Origin: Bacteroidia bacterium
GTDB lineage: Bacteria; Bacteroidota; Bacteroidia; UKL13-3
Direction of reading: 5' to 3'
Assembly (NCBI GenBank): GCA_025454875.1
Contig: JALONP010000025.1
Coordinates: forward strand, 5,264 to 69,263
DNA: 64,000 nucleotides
Below, one piece after another: positions 19,420-28,760 of the stretch; the first letter of the stretch is position 1; every line of letters begins with the position of its first letter. The position numbers and the translations under genes were made by a program. The notes beneath the pieces were generated by a model. It did no database searches, had not been told where the DNA came from, and saw only the letters and a program-made list of their open reading frames with translations.

Positions 19420-20688
19420 ATGCAATTGGTAAGAAAAAGTTTGTTCGTTTTATTGTTGGTTATTGCCAGCATGGCGCATGCAACACGCCTGCTGATACCG
19501 ATGGATGGGAATCAAAAAAACCACTTAAAAGCATATGGCCTCGCATATTGGGAGCTCAAGCGGGAGCAGGATGTAGATTGGTTGCTCAATTACCGCAGCG
19601 GAAGTTTTTTACTTATGCATTCACCCGAAGCTGAAAATGAATGCAGAATTAGAGGAGTAACCTATGAACGCATCAGCGAAGGAGAAGTAACGCGTATTTT
19701 ACAAGAAATTGCGAAACCTGATGTAAATATGGAGTTGGTTAAATTGCACAAGGCACCCAAAATTGCAGTGTATTCACCTAAAACCAAACAACCTTGGGAC
19801 GATGCAGTAACCCTTGTGCTTACCTATGCCGAAATTCCTTATGATGTGGTGTTTGATGATGAGGTTATTCAAAACAAGTTAACTCAATACGACTGGTTGC
19901 ATTTGCACCACGAAGACTTTACAGGACAGTACGGAAAGTTTTATGCAAACTATGGCAATACCGCTTGGTACCAAGCTGAAGTGAAAGAGTCTGAAGCAAC
20001 CGCTGCCCGTTTGGGTTTTGCTAAGGTGTCACAATTGAAGTTGGCAGTAGCAAAAAAAATTAGAGACTTTACCATTGGCGGAGGATTTTTATTTGCCATG
20101 TGTTCGGCAACCGACAGCTATGATATTGCGCTTGCAGCCGATGGTGTTGATATTTGCGAAAGCATGTTTGATGGTGATGCAGCCGATCCTACAGCTGATG
20201 CTAAACTGAATTTTAACAACACATTTGCATTCAAAGATTTTCGGTTAATCATGAATCCATTTGTGTATGAATATTCTTACATCGATGCCACTCCTGAAAC
20301 CCGTGCTGTTTCCGACCCAGCAAGTGATGTGTTCACGTTGTTCGATTTTTCGGCAAAATGGGATGTGGTGCCAACCATGTTATGCCAAAACCATACACAA
20401 GTGGTACAAGGTTTTTATGGCCAAACCACAGCGTTCCGCAAGCAATTTATCAAGAGCGATGTGCTCATCATGGGCGAGTCTAAAGCGCTTGGTGAGGCAA
20501 GGTATATTCATGGAACAATTGGCAAAGGTACATGGACATTTTACGGAGGCCATGATCCAGAAGATTACCAACACCAAGTAGGAGAGCCACCAACCGAGTT
20601 GGCCTTGCACCCGAACTCACCAGGCTACCGACTCATCCTCAACAATATTTTATTTCCTTCTGCCAAAAAGAAAAAAATGAAAACCTAA
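19420..20688 (+). CDS. Conserved secreted hypothetical protein (possibly class I glutamine-amidotransferase-like; relatives are often labelled asparagine synthetase B-like)
   Basis: Signal peptide MQLVRKSLFVLLLVIASMAHA. Has LLIPMDGNQKNHLKAYGLAYW and GGFLFAMCSATDS (nucleophile-elbow-like Cys). The ORF begins inside the kdsC 3' end. Confidence 0.5.
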   Translation: MQLVRKSLFVLLLVIASMAHATRLLIPMDGNQKNHLKAYGLAYWELKREQDVDWLLNYRSGSFLLMHSPEAENECRIRGVTYERISEGEVTRILQEIAKPDVNMELVKLHKAPKIAVYSPKTKQPWDDAVTLVLTYAEIPYDVVFDDEVIQNKLTQYDWLHLHHEDFTGQYGKFYANYGNTAWYQAEVKESEATAARLGFAKVSQLKLAVAKKIRDFTIGGGFLFAMCSATDSYDIALAADGVDICESMFDGDAADPTADAKLNFNNTFAFKDFRLIMNPFVYEYSYIDATPETRAVSDPASDVFTLFDFSAKWDVVPTMLCQNHTQVVQGFYGQTTAFRKQFIKSDVLIMGESKALGEARYIHGTIGKGTWTFYGGHDPEDYQHQVGEPPTELALHPNSPGYRLILNNILFPSAKKKKMKT

Positions 20689-21099
20689 AGCGCTAACTTT
20701 TTTGGTAATTGGGGGCTTCAGCGAGGCTCGTTTCACTCACTCGCTGCGCGTGTTCCGCGTTACACGGTAACTTGCTGCACCCGCTAAGCCAAATACGAAT
20801 TACGAATACGGAAGCAAAAATGCTTAATGTTGAATATTGAATGAAGGCAATGGTTAATGAGATAATTTGATGATGCAACCGTCACTTCGATTAGAGTCGA
20901 AGGCTCGTAACAAGAAGTGGTGTTAGGCATTAGACATTGGTCACTTGAGATTGGTTTTATCGCTGTGCACGTAGTGTTAACGCTGTGATCGCTGCGGTTA
21001 AAACCAAAAGCTGTTCCTTTGCTTTTAATTATCTGCTAAAAATTGGTTAGTGGGGAGTAGGCAATGGGCAATAGTTATTGGTCAGTCAACACCCAACAC
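20689..21099. other. 411-nt non-coding convergent spacer rich in hairpins and short doublet repeats
   Basis: Hairpins: 20719-20746 (cagcgag/ctcgctg) and 20885-20902 (cttcga/tcgaag). Doublets: tacgaat x2 (20794-20810), ttgaata/ttgaatg (20830-20844) and ggcaat x2 (21060-21073). cgctgtg occurs at 20961 and 20981, with cgctgcg at 20990. Confidence 0.6.
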
Positions 21100-21528
21100 T
21101 TAACCATTCAACTGCGCTATCACTTTAAGCTCAATCGCAATAGGTGTTGGAAGGCAATTAATCTCTAGTGTGGTACGGCACGGTGGATTGTTAGCAAAGT
21201 ACTCGGCCCACAACTTATTATACGTTGGGAAATCATCCTTCATATTGGTTAAAAAAACAGTTACATCCACAATATCTTCCCATTTACTTCCACTGTCCTC
21301 TAAAATCAGTTTCACATTGTTAAACACACTGCGAACCTGTTTCTCAATATCATATGCTACAATTTTTCCATTTTCATCAAGCGTAACACCCGGAATAACC
21401 TTGGTTCCTTTTTCGCGAGGACCCACACCCGATAAAAAAAGTAAGTTTCCTACTTTGCGTGCATGAGGATACAAACCAACAGGTTCAGGAGCTTTGCCCG
21501 AATGAATAGAAGATGGATCAGTTGTCAT
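21100..21528 (-). CDS. RidA/YjgF family reactive-intermediate deaminase
   Basis: Has APEPVGLYPHARKVGNLLFLSGVGPR and a C-terminal RTTLEI..LP..IAIELK. The start at MTTDP is preferred over the upstream extension. Confidence 0.85.
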   Translation of the reverse strand: MTTDPSSIHSGKAPEPVGLYPHARKVGNLLFLSGVGPREKGTKVIPGVTLDENGKIVAYDIEKQVRSVFNNVKLILEDSGSKWEDIVDVTVFLTNMKDDFPTYNKLWAEYFANNPPCRTTLEINCLPTPIAIELKVIAQLNG

Positions 21529-21589
21529 TGTTTTGTGATTAAAAAACAAAAATGCATTTTCCATTTCCAAAATCAAATTATATTGCTGT

Positions 21590-22360
21590 ATGCATCCAAT
21601 TTTATTTACCATTGGTGAGGTCACCGTTTACAGTTACGGTTTTTGCATTATGCTAGGAGCCTTGGCAGCCTACTTTTATGCCATTCGCCAAAGTGCTGTT
21701 TTAGGTATTGATAAAGACACCGTATCCGAAATGGCATTGATAATTATCATTGCTGCTTACGTTGGTGGCAAAGTTTTTTTATGGTTTAGCAATTGGGATT
21801 ATTACATGCAAAATCGAGCTAAAATGGTAGAGTTGAGCGGAAGTGGTTTTGTGTTTTACGGGTCATTTATTTTTTGCATCCTTTCATTGCTCGTTTTTTT
21901 TCGCATCAAAAAAATCAAAACGGCACCTATGTTTGATGTGTTAGCTGTAAGTACTGCCCTTGTGCATGCATTTGGTAAGTTGGGGTGTTTTTTTGCAGGT
22001 TGTTGCCATGGTAAAGTGTGCGCACCCGCATTGGGTATTGTTTACAACCACCCTAAAAGCAATGCTGAACCTCTTCATGTTCCATTATACCCAGTGCAAC
22101 TAATCGATGCAGTTATTTTGTTTACGGCTGCTATTGTATTGTACAACTACCGCAAAAAAATTCCGTATCAAGGAGCATTAATGGTTGGTTATGTACTCAT
22201 TTATGGCACCGGGCGTTTTTTTACCGAGTTTTTAAGAGGTGATGAAGAGCGCGGATTTATTGGTGCTTTAAGCCAATCACAATGGATTAGCATTGTATTG
22301 TTGCTCATTGCTATTAGTGCGCATGTTAAACTGAACCGCGCAGCCAAGCATCACAAATAA
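21590..22360 (+). CDS. lgt: Prolipoprotein diacylglyceryl transferase, short paralogue
   Basis: 256 aa with FGKLGCFFAGCCHGK, LYPVQLIDA and GTGRFFTEFLRGD, which are Lgt signature regions. This is the second lgt in the window. Confidence 0.8.
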   Translation: MHPILFTIGEVTVYSYGFCIMLGALAAYFYAIRQSAVLGIDKDTVSEMALIIIIAAYVGGKVFLWFSNWDYYMQNRAKMVELSGSGFVFYGSFIFCILSLLVFFRIKKIKTAPMFDVLAVSTALVHAFGKLGCFFAGCCHGKVCAPALGIVYNHPKSNAEPLHVPLYPVQLIDAVILFTAAIVLYNYRKKIPYQGALMVGYVLIYGTGRFFTEFLRGDEERGFIGALSQSQWISIVLLLIAISAHVKLNRAAKHHK

Positions 22361-23069
22361 TGGCAGTAGCCACGCCTGCGTTTAACGATTCGGCACCTCC
22401 CCATTTTGGAATGGTGATGTGTTTTTGAACCAAAGTCAGTACCTCGGCTGATATTCCTTGACCTTCATTACCAATTATTAGCATTCCATCTAAAGGCAAT
22501 GTTTGCTGATGCAAATTTGCACCATTCATTACAGCACCCATTACTACACCTTTGTAGTTGGTGATTGCAGTTGTTAGTGGAATGGTATACACATTTACCC
22601 GTAAGAACGAACCCATACTTGCCTGCAACGTTTTGGGGTTGTACAAATCGGCACATTGGGGTGAACACAATAGGGTAGTAATGCCATACCAATCGGCAAT
22701 ACGTACAATGGTTCCTAAATTACCAGGGTCTTGTATGCCATCAAGTGCAATTATTTTTGGTGCATCCAGTACTGTTGTTATAAATGGCTGTTGCGGCAGT
22801 TCGCACAATGCCAATACTTGCTGTGGGGTTTGCAATGCACTAATTTTTTTAAGTTCAATATCCGAAACTTCAATACATTCGATCCCTTTAAATGCCTGTC
22901 CATATTGGGCAATCCAAGCCGATGTTGCAAAAAGGCTATTTACGGTTATTTTTGATGCAGGCAGTTCTGCTACGGTTTTTGTTCCTTCTACGGTAAATAA
23001 TCCCGAAGCTAACCGCTCTTTTTTTTCACTTAACGACTGAATTAGTTTGGCTTTTGCCTTTGTTAACAT
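22326..23069 (-). CDS. TrmH/SpoU family RNA 2'-O-methyltransferase
   Basis: The N-terminus KLIQSLSEKKERLASGLFTVEG, then LDGIQDPGNLGTIVR, IIGNEGQGIS and ESLNAGVATAI are SpoU motifs. The start at MLTKAK is preferred. Confidence 0.85.
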   Translation of the reverse strand: MLTKAKAKLIQSLSEKKERLASGLFTVEGTKTVAELPASKITVNSLFATSAWIAQYGQAFKGIECIEVSDIELKKISALQTPQQVLALCELPQQPFITTVLDAPKIIALDGIQDPGNLGTIVRIADWYGITTLLCSPQCADLYNPKTLQASMGSFLRVNVYTIPLTTAITNYKGVVMGAVMNGANLHQQTLPLDGMLIIGNEGQGISAEVLTLVQKHITIPKWGGAESLNAGVATAIICDAWLRGSV

Positions 23070-25362
23070 ACGTGCTCTCTTTCCTGTATTGTGCTGCTTG
23101 CTGTTAAGTGCGTGCAGCATCAAACGTTATTTAGGCCCTGATAAGGCCATGCTTGTTCAAAACAAAGTACAACTAGAAAATTCAGATATCAAAGAAATCC
23201 AACGCAATTTGCCAAAATATTGCAGGCAAAAGCCCAATAACCGTGTGGTATTGGTTTTTAATTCACGTCCATATTTTTATGCCTTAGGATCACGCGGAAA
23301 GGATAACAAATTCAAACGTTTTCTTCGAAATAGCTTTGGCGAAACACCGGTTATTGTTGATTCATTGTTTTGTGATGCGACCATTAACAGCTTTAAAGCT
23401 TATCTTAAAACAATGGGTTTTTATTATCCAGAAATTTCATATCATATTGATGTAAACAAACGCCAAAAGGCAATTGTTACTTATAACGTAAAACTTAACA
23501 AGCGTTACCGTGTGGGCAGTTATGATTACCAAATTGCCGATAAAGAACTTTTTGAAATTGTAGATTCGGCACGCAACCAAACCCTAATCCGCGTTGGCCG
23601 TCCAATGTTACAGGAACAAATGCTTGCTGAGCAAAACCGCATTGTAAACCTTCTTCGCAATAAAGGTTATTTGGGTATTAGTAATGAGTTTGTTGATTTT
23701 GATTTGGATACCACCTCAGCAGATGATTTTGTAAAGTTGGCACTCAACATTACAAATCCAAGTGATACCATACGCCATGTTCCGTATTATGTAAATGATA
23801 TTACCATTGATATTGAAAAAAATATTGGATTTAGCAATAACCCAGCCGATACAGCTGTAATCAACGGTATTCGTTACAATTTAGGCAGCTACAAGTTAAA
23901 TCCAAACGTACTCGAACGAAGCATGTTAATGACCAAAGGGCAACGTTATTCCCAAGAGGTTTTTTCAAAAACATACAGCCGTTTGGCTGATTTAAGCATT
24001 TTTAAGTTCATCAATATTCAAGCTAAACCTCAAGAAATTACCCGCGACAGTGGTATTGTGAATTATTCGGTTAAGTTATCACCAACCATCAAATACACGT
24101 TCACGTTTGAGCCTCAGGCAATCACTTCCGATGCAAATAATACCTTATCCAATCAAAGTTTTCGCAACTATGGTATCTCTGGTTTGTTTCAGCTAACCAA
24201 CCGCAATGTATTTCGCAGTGCCGAAATTTTGCAGTTAAGTTACCGAACTTCATTTGAAGCACAAGGACAAGCCCAAACCCAAGGCTTATTTAACGCTACC
24301 GAACAAAGCTTAACAGCGAGTATCATCATGCCGCGTATTTTGTTTTTTCCCAAATACGACCGCAAGTTGAATTTGCAAAGTACACGAACCATAATATCTA
24401 CTTCTGCCATTTATGAAATCAACGTTGATTATGAAAGACGCGTTTTAACCACAGGACTCAATTACCAGTTCAACAAAAAGTTAGTTACCTTTTTTGTTTC
24501 TCCCATCGAGCTTTCTTACATCCGCAGTTCCATTCGAAACGATAGTTTGGCTATGCAAAGTGAGAATGATATTTTCTTGCAAAACCTTTTCGGGAACAAT
24601 TTTATTATGAACAGCCGCGTGGGACTAGTTTACAGTAATAAGTCAGTTACCAAAGGGTTAAGCCATGTGTTTTTACGATGGGATGCTTTGGAGCTTGCAG
24701 GTAATGCGCTTTCTTTATTGGCTATTGCAACCAACCAACCCAAAGGTGATGATGGAAGCCGAACCATTTTGGGCGTAAAGTATTTTCAATACATTAAAAC
24801 AGCACTCGATTTTAGGTACAATACCATATTCGACCAAAACAATGCAACCGTTTTGCGTATGTATGTTGGTGCGGCCATACCTTATGGCAATACGCCCGAT
24901 TTTGTGCCTTTTGAAAGACGCTTTTTTATAGGAGGTGTTAACAGTTTGCGTGCGTGGCGACCCCGTTCAATAGGACCTGGTTCGTACACAAGTGAAAGCC
25001 AAATTGACTATTCAGGAGAACTCAAGTTGGAGTTAAATGCAGAATACCGTTTTAACATTTACAACCGTTGGCTAGAGGGTGCAGTATTTACCGATGCAGG
25101 AAATATTTGGATTATCAAGAAAGATGAAACAAGACCAGGTGCCGAATTCAGATCAAATAGATACATACGCGAACTTGCTTGGGATGCGGGTGTGGGTATT
25201 CGGTTTAACTTCACTGTATTTATTGTGCGTTTCGATTTTGCAATTCCATTACGTGACCCTACTTTACCTGAACAAAGTCGTTGGGTAATTAACAGTTTTT
25301 CAGAAGGAGATTGGATCCTTAAAAATACCAATTTTAATTTTGGTATTGGCTATCCATTTTAG
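23047..25362 (+). CDS. BamA/TamA (Omp85) family outer-membrane protein
   Basis: 771 aa with a lipoprotein-like leader (LLLSAC), POTRA-like repeats and a C-terminal barrel with FFIGGVNSLRAW and a terminal F. The start codon is uncertain (TTG). Confidence 0.75.
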   Translation: MAFAFVNIRALFPVLCCLLLSACSIKRYLGPDKAMLVQNKVQLENSDIKEIQRNLPKYCRQKPNNRVVLVFNSRPYFYALGSRGKDNKFKRFLRNSFGETPVIVDSLFCDATINSFKAYLKTMGFYYPEISYHIDVNKRQKAIVTYNVKLNKRYRVGSYDYQIADKELFEIVDSARNQTLIRVGRPMLQEQMLAEQNRIVNLLRNKGYLGISNEFVDFDLDTTSADDFVKLALNITNPSDTIRHVPYYVNDITIDIEKNIGFSNNPADTAVINGIRYNLGSYKLNPNVLERSMLMTKGQRYSQEVFSKTYSRLADLSIFKFINIQAKPQEITRDSGIVNYSVKLSPTIKYTFTFEPQAITSDANNTLSNQSFRNYGISGLFQLTNRNVFRSAEILQLSYRTSFEAQGQAQTQGLFNATEQSLTASIIMPRILFFPKYDRKLNLQSTRTIISTSAIYEINVDYERRVLTTGLNYQFNKKLVTFFVSPIELSYIRSSIRNDSLAMQSENDIFLQNLFGNNFIMNSRVGLVYSNKSVTKGLSHVFLRWDALELAGNALSLLAIATNQPKGDDGSRTILGVKYFQYIKTALDFRYNTIFDQNNATVLRMYVGAAIPYGNTPDFVPFERRFFIGGVNSLRAWRPRSIGPGSYTSESQIDYSGELKLELNAEYRFNIYNRWLEGAVFTDAGNIWIIKKDETRPGAEFRSNRYIRELAWDAGVGIRFNFTVFIVRFDFAIPLRDPTLPEQSRWVINSFSEGDWILKNTNFNFGIGYPF

Positions 25363-25910
25363 GCTAAATGAATATCCGCAATTATACTAGTAGCATTCAA
25401 ATTATCTAAAGGAACCTCTAAGTTCTTTTAACTGTTCTTTTTATTGCCTTTTGGTTCCGCAAAAGGTACTACCGAATGAGATGACTAAGACCTCAAATAA
25501 CTGCTTCATTCATTCGCGTATTATCAATGTAAAATTTAAAAACAGGCTATTTTTAAATAACATTGATTGAACGATTTCGCTCAATTGGTGGATTCCGATA
25601 GCTATCGGAACCGCACTTTGTCTCTCGAAAAAAATAATCCTAACCCCTTCCTTTGCCTTAGATGGTTTTGTGTGACAAACAAAGCGTTTATTTTAGCGGT
25701 GGCCTTCGATAAGCAACCCACGAACGAAGTGGCTTGGGTTGCGGGGAAAATAAAGGGTGTAGTTTGTAACAAAAGCATCTGCAGCAGCATGAACTTTTTG
25801 CTTACTTTTTCTTTCTCAGAGAAAAAGTAAGGCGGGTTTGGGGCGGCTAGCCCCAAGAATAAGTCTAATACAGGATTAATACATTTTATAGGTAATGTAA
25901 TGGATATACA
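25363..25910. other. 548-nt hairpin-dense non-coding convergent spacer
   Basis: Hairpins: 25447-25466 (7 bp), 25713-25742 (8-bp stem gcaaccca/tgggttgc), 25801-25831 (12-bp stem) and 25840-25854 (ggggc/gcccc). There is also an 18-nt perfect palindrome ttccgatagctatcggaa (25593-25610). Confidence 0.6.
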
Positions 25911-26897
25911 TTAGGCTAATGATAATGTACCATTTTGTTCTTGCACCAAACCAAACGGCTCGTTTGCTATTACCATAAAACCATCCAAATCCACCCAGTT
26001 GGCTCCAGCACTCAGTTGCAGTGCATCCGAAATACCAAGTGAAGTTTCAATCATACATCCTACCATTGTATACAAACCGTGCGCACGAGCCTGTTTGAGT
26101 AATGATAGTCCATTCATAAGTCCGCCAGCTTTCATCAATTTCATGTTAATGCCATGAAACTGTTCACTTATTAAATCAAAGTCGGCTGTATCACACACAC
26201 TCTCATCCGCTATAATCGGATACCTGCTTCTTTGCTTTACATAAGCATGAGTGCTGCTTCCCGCTGGCATTGGCTGCTCAATCATATCTATTGGATATGC
26301 AGCAAGTGTATCTAAAAAACGCAACAGTTCGTCAGCATCCGTCCAAGCTTCATTTCCATCAAGCATAATGGGATGGTTTGAAATAGTTGCCAATGCGTCT
26401 AACAATTCATGAGCTTGTGCGGCATTTACTTTTAGTTTTAATTTTTTAAATCTCCCCAATTCATGTTTTTGGTAAAAGATTGGAATATCTGATACAGGCA
26501 TAATAGGCAACGAGTAGGCAGTTGCTTGTTCGGTGCAAGGTGCAATGTTTAAAAATTGCGCTAGCGTTTGTTGCTTTTGAGCACATGCAAAATGAATAAA
26601 AGCACTTTCAATGCCATAACGCAGTGCTTTTTTAAGCGGTAAATGTTGAAGCAATGCGGTAAGCTCATCAAGCGTTGTAACGGCTTTTCCTCCATTTTGC
26701 AAAAACAGCTGAAAACCATGTTCAATGCCCTCAGGAGTTTCATCGTAGCGAATATTTGGTGCTACTTCACCATAGGCAGTGTATGCTCCATCAGTTACAG
26801 TAATGATTTGGTTGCGCTTAACGTCTGTTGCATTGCGCGAAAGTTTCCAAGTGTATTTTAACTGTAGGTCTTGGTGTTTCAGTCTCCAATCAAGCAT
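25911..26897 (-). CDS. Dipeptide (L-Ala-D/L-Glu) epimerase, enolase superfamily
   Basis: 328 aa with KLKV, DGNEAW, IEQP, ADES, MKLMKAGG and MVGCMIETSLGIS motifs. Confidence 0.85.
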   Translation of the reverse strand: MLDWRLKHQDLQLKYTWKLSRNATDVKRNQIITVTDGAYTAYGEVAPNIRYDETPEGIEHGFQLFLQNGGKAVTTLDELTALLQHLPLKKALRYGIESAFIHFACAQKQQTLAQFLNIAPCTEQATAYSLPIMPVSDIPIFYQKHELGRFKKLKLKVNAAQAHELLDALATISNHPIMLDGNEAWTDADELLRFLDTLAAYPIDMIEQPMPAGSSTHAYVKQRSRYPIIADESVCDTADFDLISEQFHGINMKLMKAGGLMNGLSLLKQARAHGLYTMVGCMIETSLGISDALQLSAGANWVDLDGFMVIANEPFGLVQEQNGTLSLA

Positions 26898-26959
26898 GGT
26901 AAATTGTGTTTCACAATAGTCGCTTTATTTTGGATGGCACTCCAATTTACCTTTACACA

Positions 26960-27967
26960 TTACAATGGCACTGTATCTAAAAATTGACGGATAATGGTGG
27001 GACCATTTACCACTCCTTTTGTTCCTAAACCATTAATTGCATACATGTTCTTGTATTGAATGTGTTGGAGCCAAAAAGCCTGACGGTTAATAGTGGTAGG
27101 TCTAATCGCACATGCTGCATTGTGTAAGGTAATATCAATCTCAGTTTCAATTAAAGACTTAACCTTATTCAATAATTCGGTAACATCTGCTGGATGCAAC
27201 TCAGTGCTTCCATTTTCCCATTTGTAAGTTGATCCACATTTGAATAAGCCATTTCCAAGCGGAACAATGTAAATGCCTTTTTTAACCACACGTTTTAATG
27301 CAAGTGTAGGAGCGCTAAAGGTAATAACTTCACCCCTGCAAGGGATAATTGACGTACTGTTAAAGTATGGATTTTGGTTAAGCCCAATACCTTCGCAACT
27401 AATAATATTGGCAGCACGTATATCTTTATAAACCCATTCAGTTGGTGTGGCAACCAAATCTTCAAAATTCATTTTCTCAGTTAACACTATATGGGTTTGC
27501 TCAAGCCAACTTCTAATACCACTAAGCATCGTTGGTAAATCAATCCATCCGCTTAGTTGGGTTTCAAATGCACCATATGGACTCACAACAGATGGTTCTA
27601 TTGTTGGATTGGGATTGGTGTATTGTGCAAAAAACGGATGTTCAAGTTTCGTGCTGTAATCATTCGCTTCTTTCACGCTGCCAAATACATGGTAAATTGG
27701 ATTTTGGTGCACAAACGACAATCCAAGTTGCTGCTCCATTTCAGCATATTCATTTAACGCCAAGGCAAATTGTTGCAGTGCATTTTCAGCAACAGTGAAC
27801 CTTTTGGTATTAATAGGATTAAACATGCCCGCAGCAATTTTGCTTGAAGTGAATGCGGTATTTTCATCAACCATTGCCAATGTATAACCACGTTTATGCA
27901 ATTGCCATGCGAGCACCGAACCAGCAATCCCTTGTCCAATAATCAAGCAATCAACTTTCATGTACAT
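26960..27967 (-). CDS. FAD-dependent oxidoreductase (DAO family; candidate stand-alone MnmC oxidase domain)
   Basis: The N-terminus CLIIGQGIAGSVLAW is a dinucleotide-binding motif. Its start overlaps the mnmD stop by 17 nt. Confidence 0.75.
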   Translation of the reverse strand: MYMKVDCLIIGQGIAGSVLAWQLHKRGYTLAMVDENTAFTSSKIAAGMFNPINTKRFTVAENALQQFALALNEYAEMEQQLGLSFVHQNPIYHVFGSVKEANDYSTKLEHPFFAQYTNPNPTIEPSVVSPYGAFETQLSGWIDLPTMLSGIRSWLEQTHIVLTEKMNFEDLVATPTEWVYKDIRAANIISCEGIGLNQNPYFNSTSIIPCRGEVITFSAPTLALKRVVKKGIYIVPLGNGLFKCGSTYKWENGSTELHPADVTELLNKVKSLIETEIDITLHNAACAIRPTTINRQAFWLQHIQYKNMYAINGLGTKGVVNGPTIIRQFLDTVPL

Positions 27968-28688
27968 ATGGTTTAGTTGCTCTTAACATATGTCGCTTAT
28001 AAGGTGGTCCGGGTAAGCGTTCAACTTCCAATCCCAGTGTTTGCCAAAGTCTCTTTACAGCACCTTTACTTGCGTAGGTAACCATACAACCACCAGGCTT
28101 TAGGAGTTTATTTACGATTGCAAATATGGGTTCAGTCCAAAGTGCAGGTTGTTTATCAGGGCCAAAAGCATCGAAATAAACCAAATCAAATTTCTCGTTT
28201 GTGGTAAAGAATTCAATGGCTTTTTTGGATTTGGTAAGCGCAAACGAAGGCGTGATTTGTTCTTGTGTTTCCCATGGTGAAGCATGCAGGGTTGAAAACA
28301 ACAATGCATCTGGGGTAGGGTAGTTCGATGTATAGTTTAATTGTGCAACCAAGTCAGAAGGCAGCGGGTTAGGTTCTAATGCAGTATAAGTGCATTGCCA
28401 TTGGTTTTTTTGGCAAGCCATCACTGTTAACCAAGTGTTTAATCCAGTTCCAAAACCAACTTCCAATATTTGTATCGGTGTCAAAGGTTGTTTTTGTGTG
28501 ATATGGGCCAAACCTTGTTGCAAATAAACATATTCCGCTTCTGCAATGGCCCCATTGCGTGAGTGGTATGTTTCATCTAATTCAGGAACATAGATGGTGT
28601 GCGACTTATCGAGTGTGAGTTGCAGTTGCCAATTCATATCACCTGCGAATGTAATGGTTAATCCTAATTCCATAAATCCCAATTTCAA
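27951..28688 (-). CDS. mnmD: tRNA (mnm5s2U34) methyltransferase MnmD (MnmC methyltransferase domain)
   Basis: Has ETYHSRNGAIAEAEYVY, ILEVGFGTGLN, YFDAFGPDKQPALW, TYASKG and PGPPYKRHMLRA motifs. The true start may be the internal ATG at 28637. Confidence 0.85.
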   Translation of the reverse strand: MKLGFMELGLTITFAGDMNWQLQLTLDKSHTIYVPELDETYHSRNGAIAEAEYVYLQQGLAHITQKQPLTPIQILEVGFGTGLNTWLTVMACQKNQWQCTYTALEPNPLPSDLVAQLNYTSNYPTPDALLFSTLHASPWETQEQITPSFALTKSKKAIEFFTTNEKFDLVYFDAFGPDKQPALWTEPIFAIVNKLLKPGGCMVTYASKGAVKRLWQTLGLEVERLPGPPYKRHMLRATKPYVHES

Positions 28689-28760
28689 TCACCTTTTTAC
28701 TTTGGGGAGAGGCATGTATATTCGCCTTTCGTTTTTTGAACACTAACAAAAGCAATACAT

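Noticed and set aside
20711-20760. GGGGCTTCAGCG..., which resembles a tmRNA 5' end
   Set aside because: There is no tag-peptide reading frame, no pseudoknot-like conserved blocks and no tRNA-like 3' end nearby.
23047-23069. Apparent 5' overlap of the divergent trmH-like and Omp85-like genes
   Set aside because: This is most likely start-codon uncertainty (a TTG start for the OMP, and alternative Met codons for trmH) rather than a real overlap.
25567-25856. Two ORFs of 87 and 84 aa on opposite strands in the long spacer
   Set aside because: They overlap each other almost completely. They are low-complexity and run straight through strong hairpins and a palindrome. No start context or recognisable motif was seen. 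I treat the region as non-coding.
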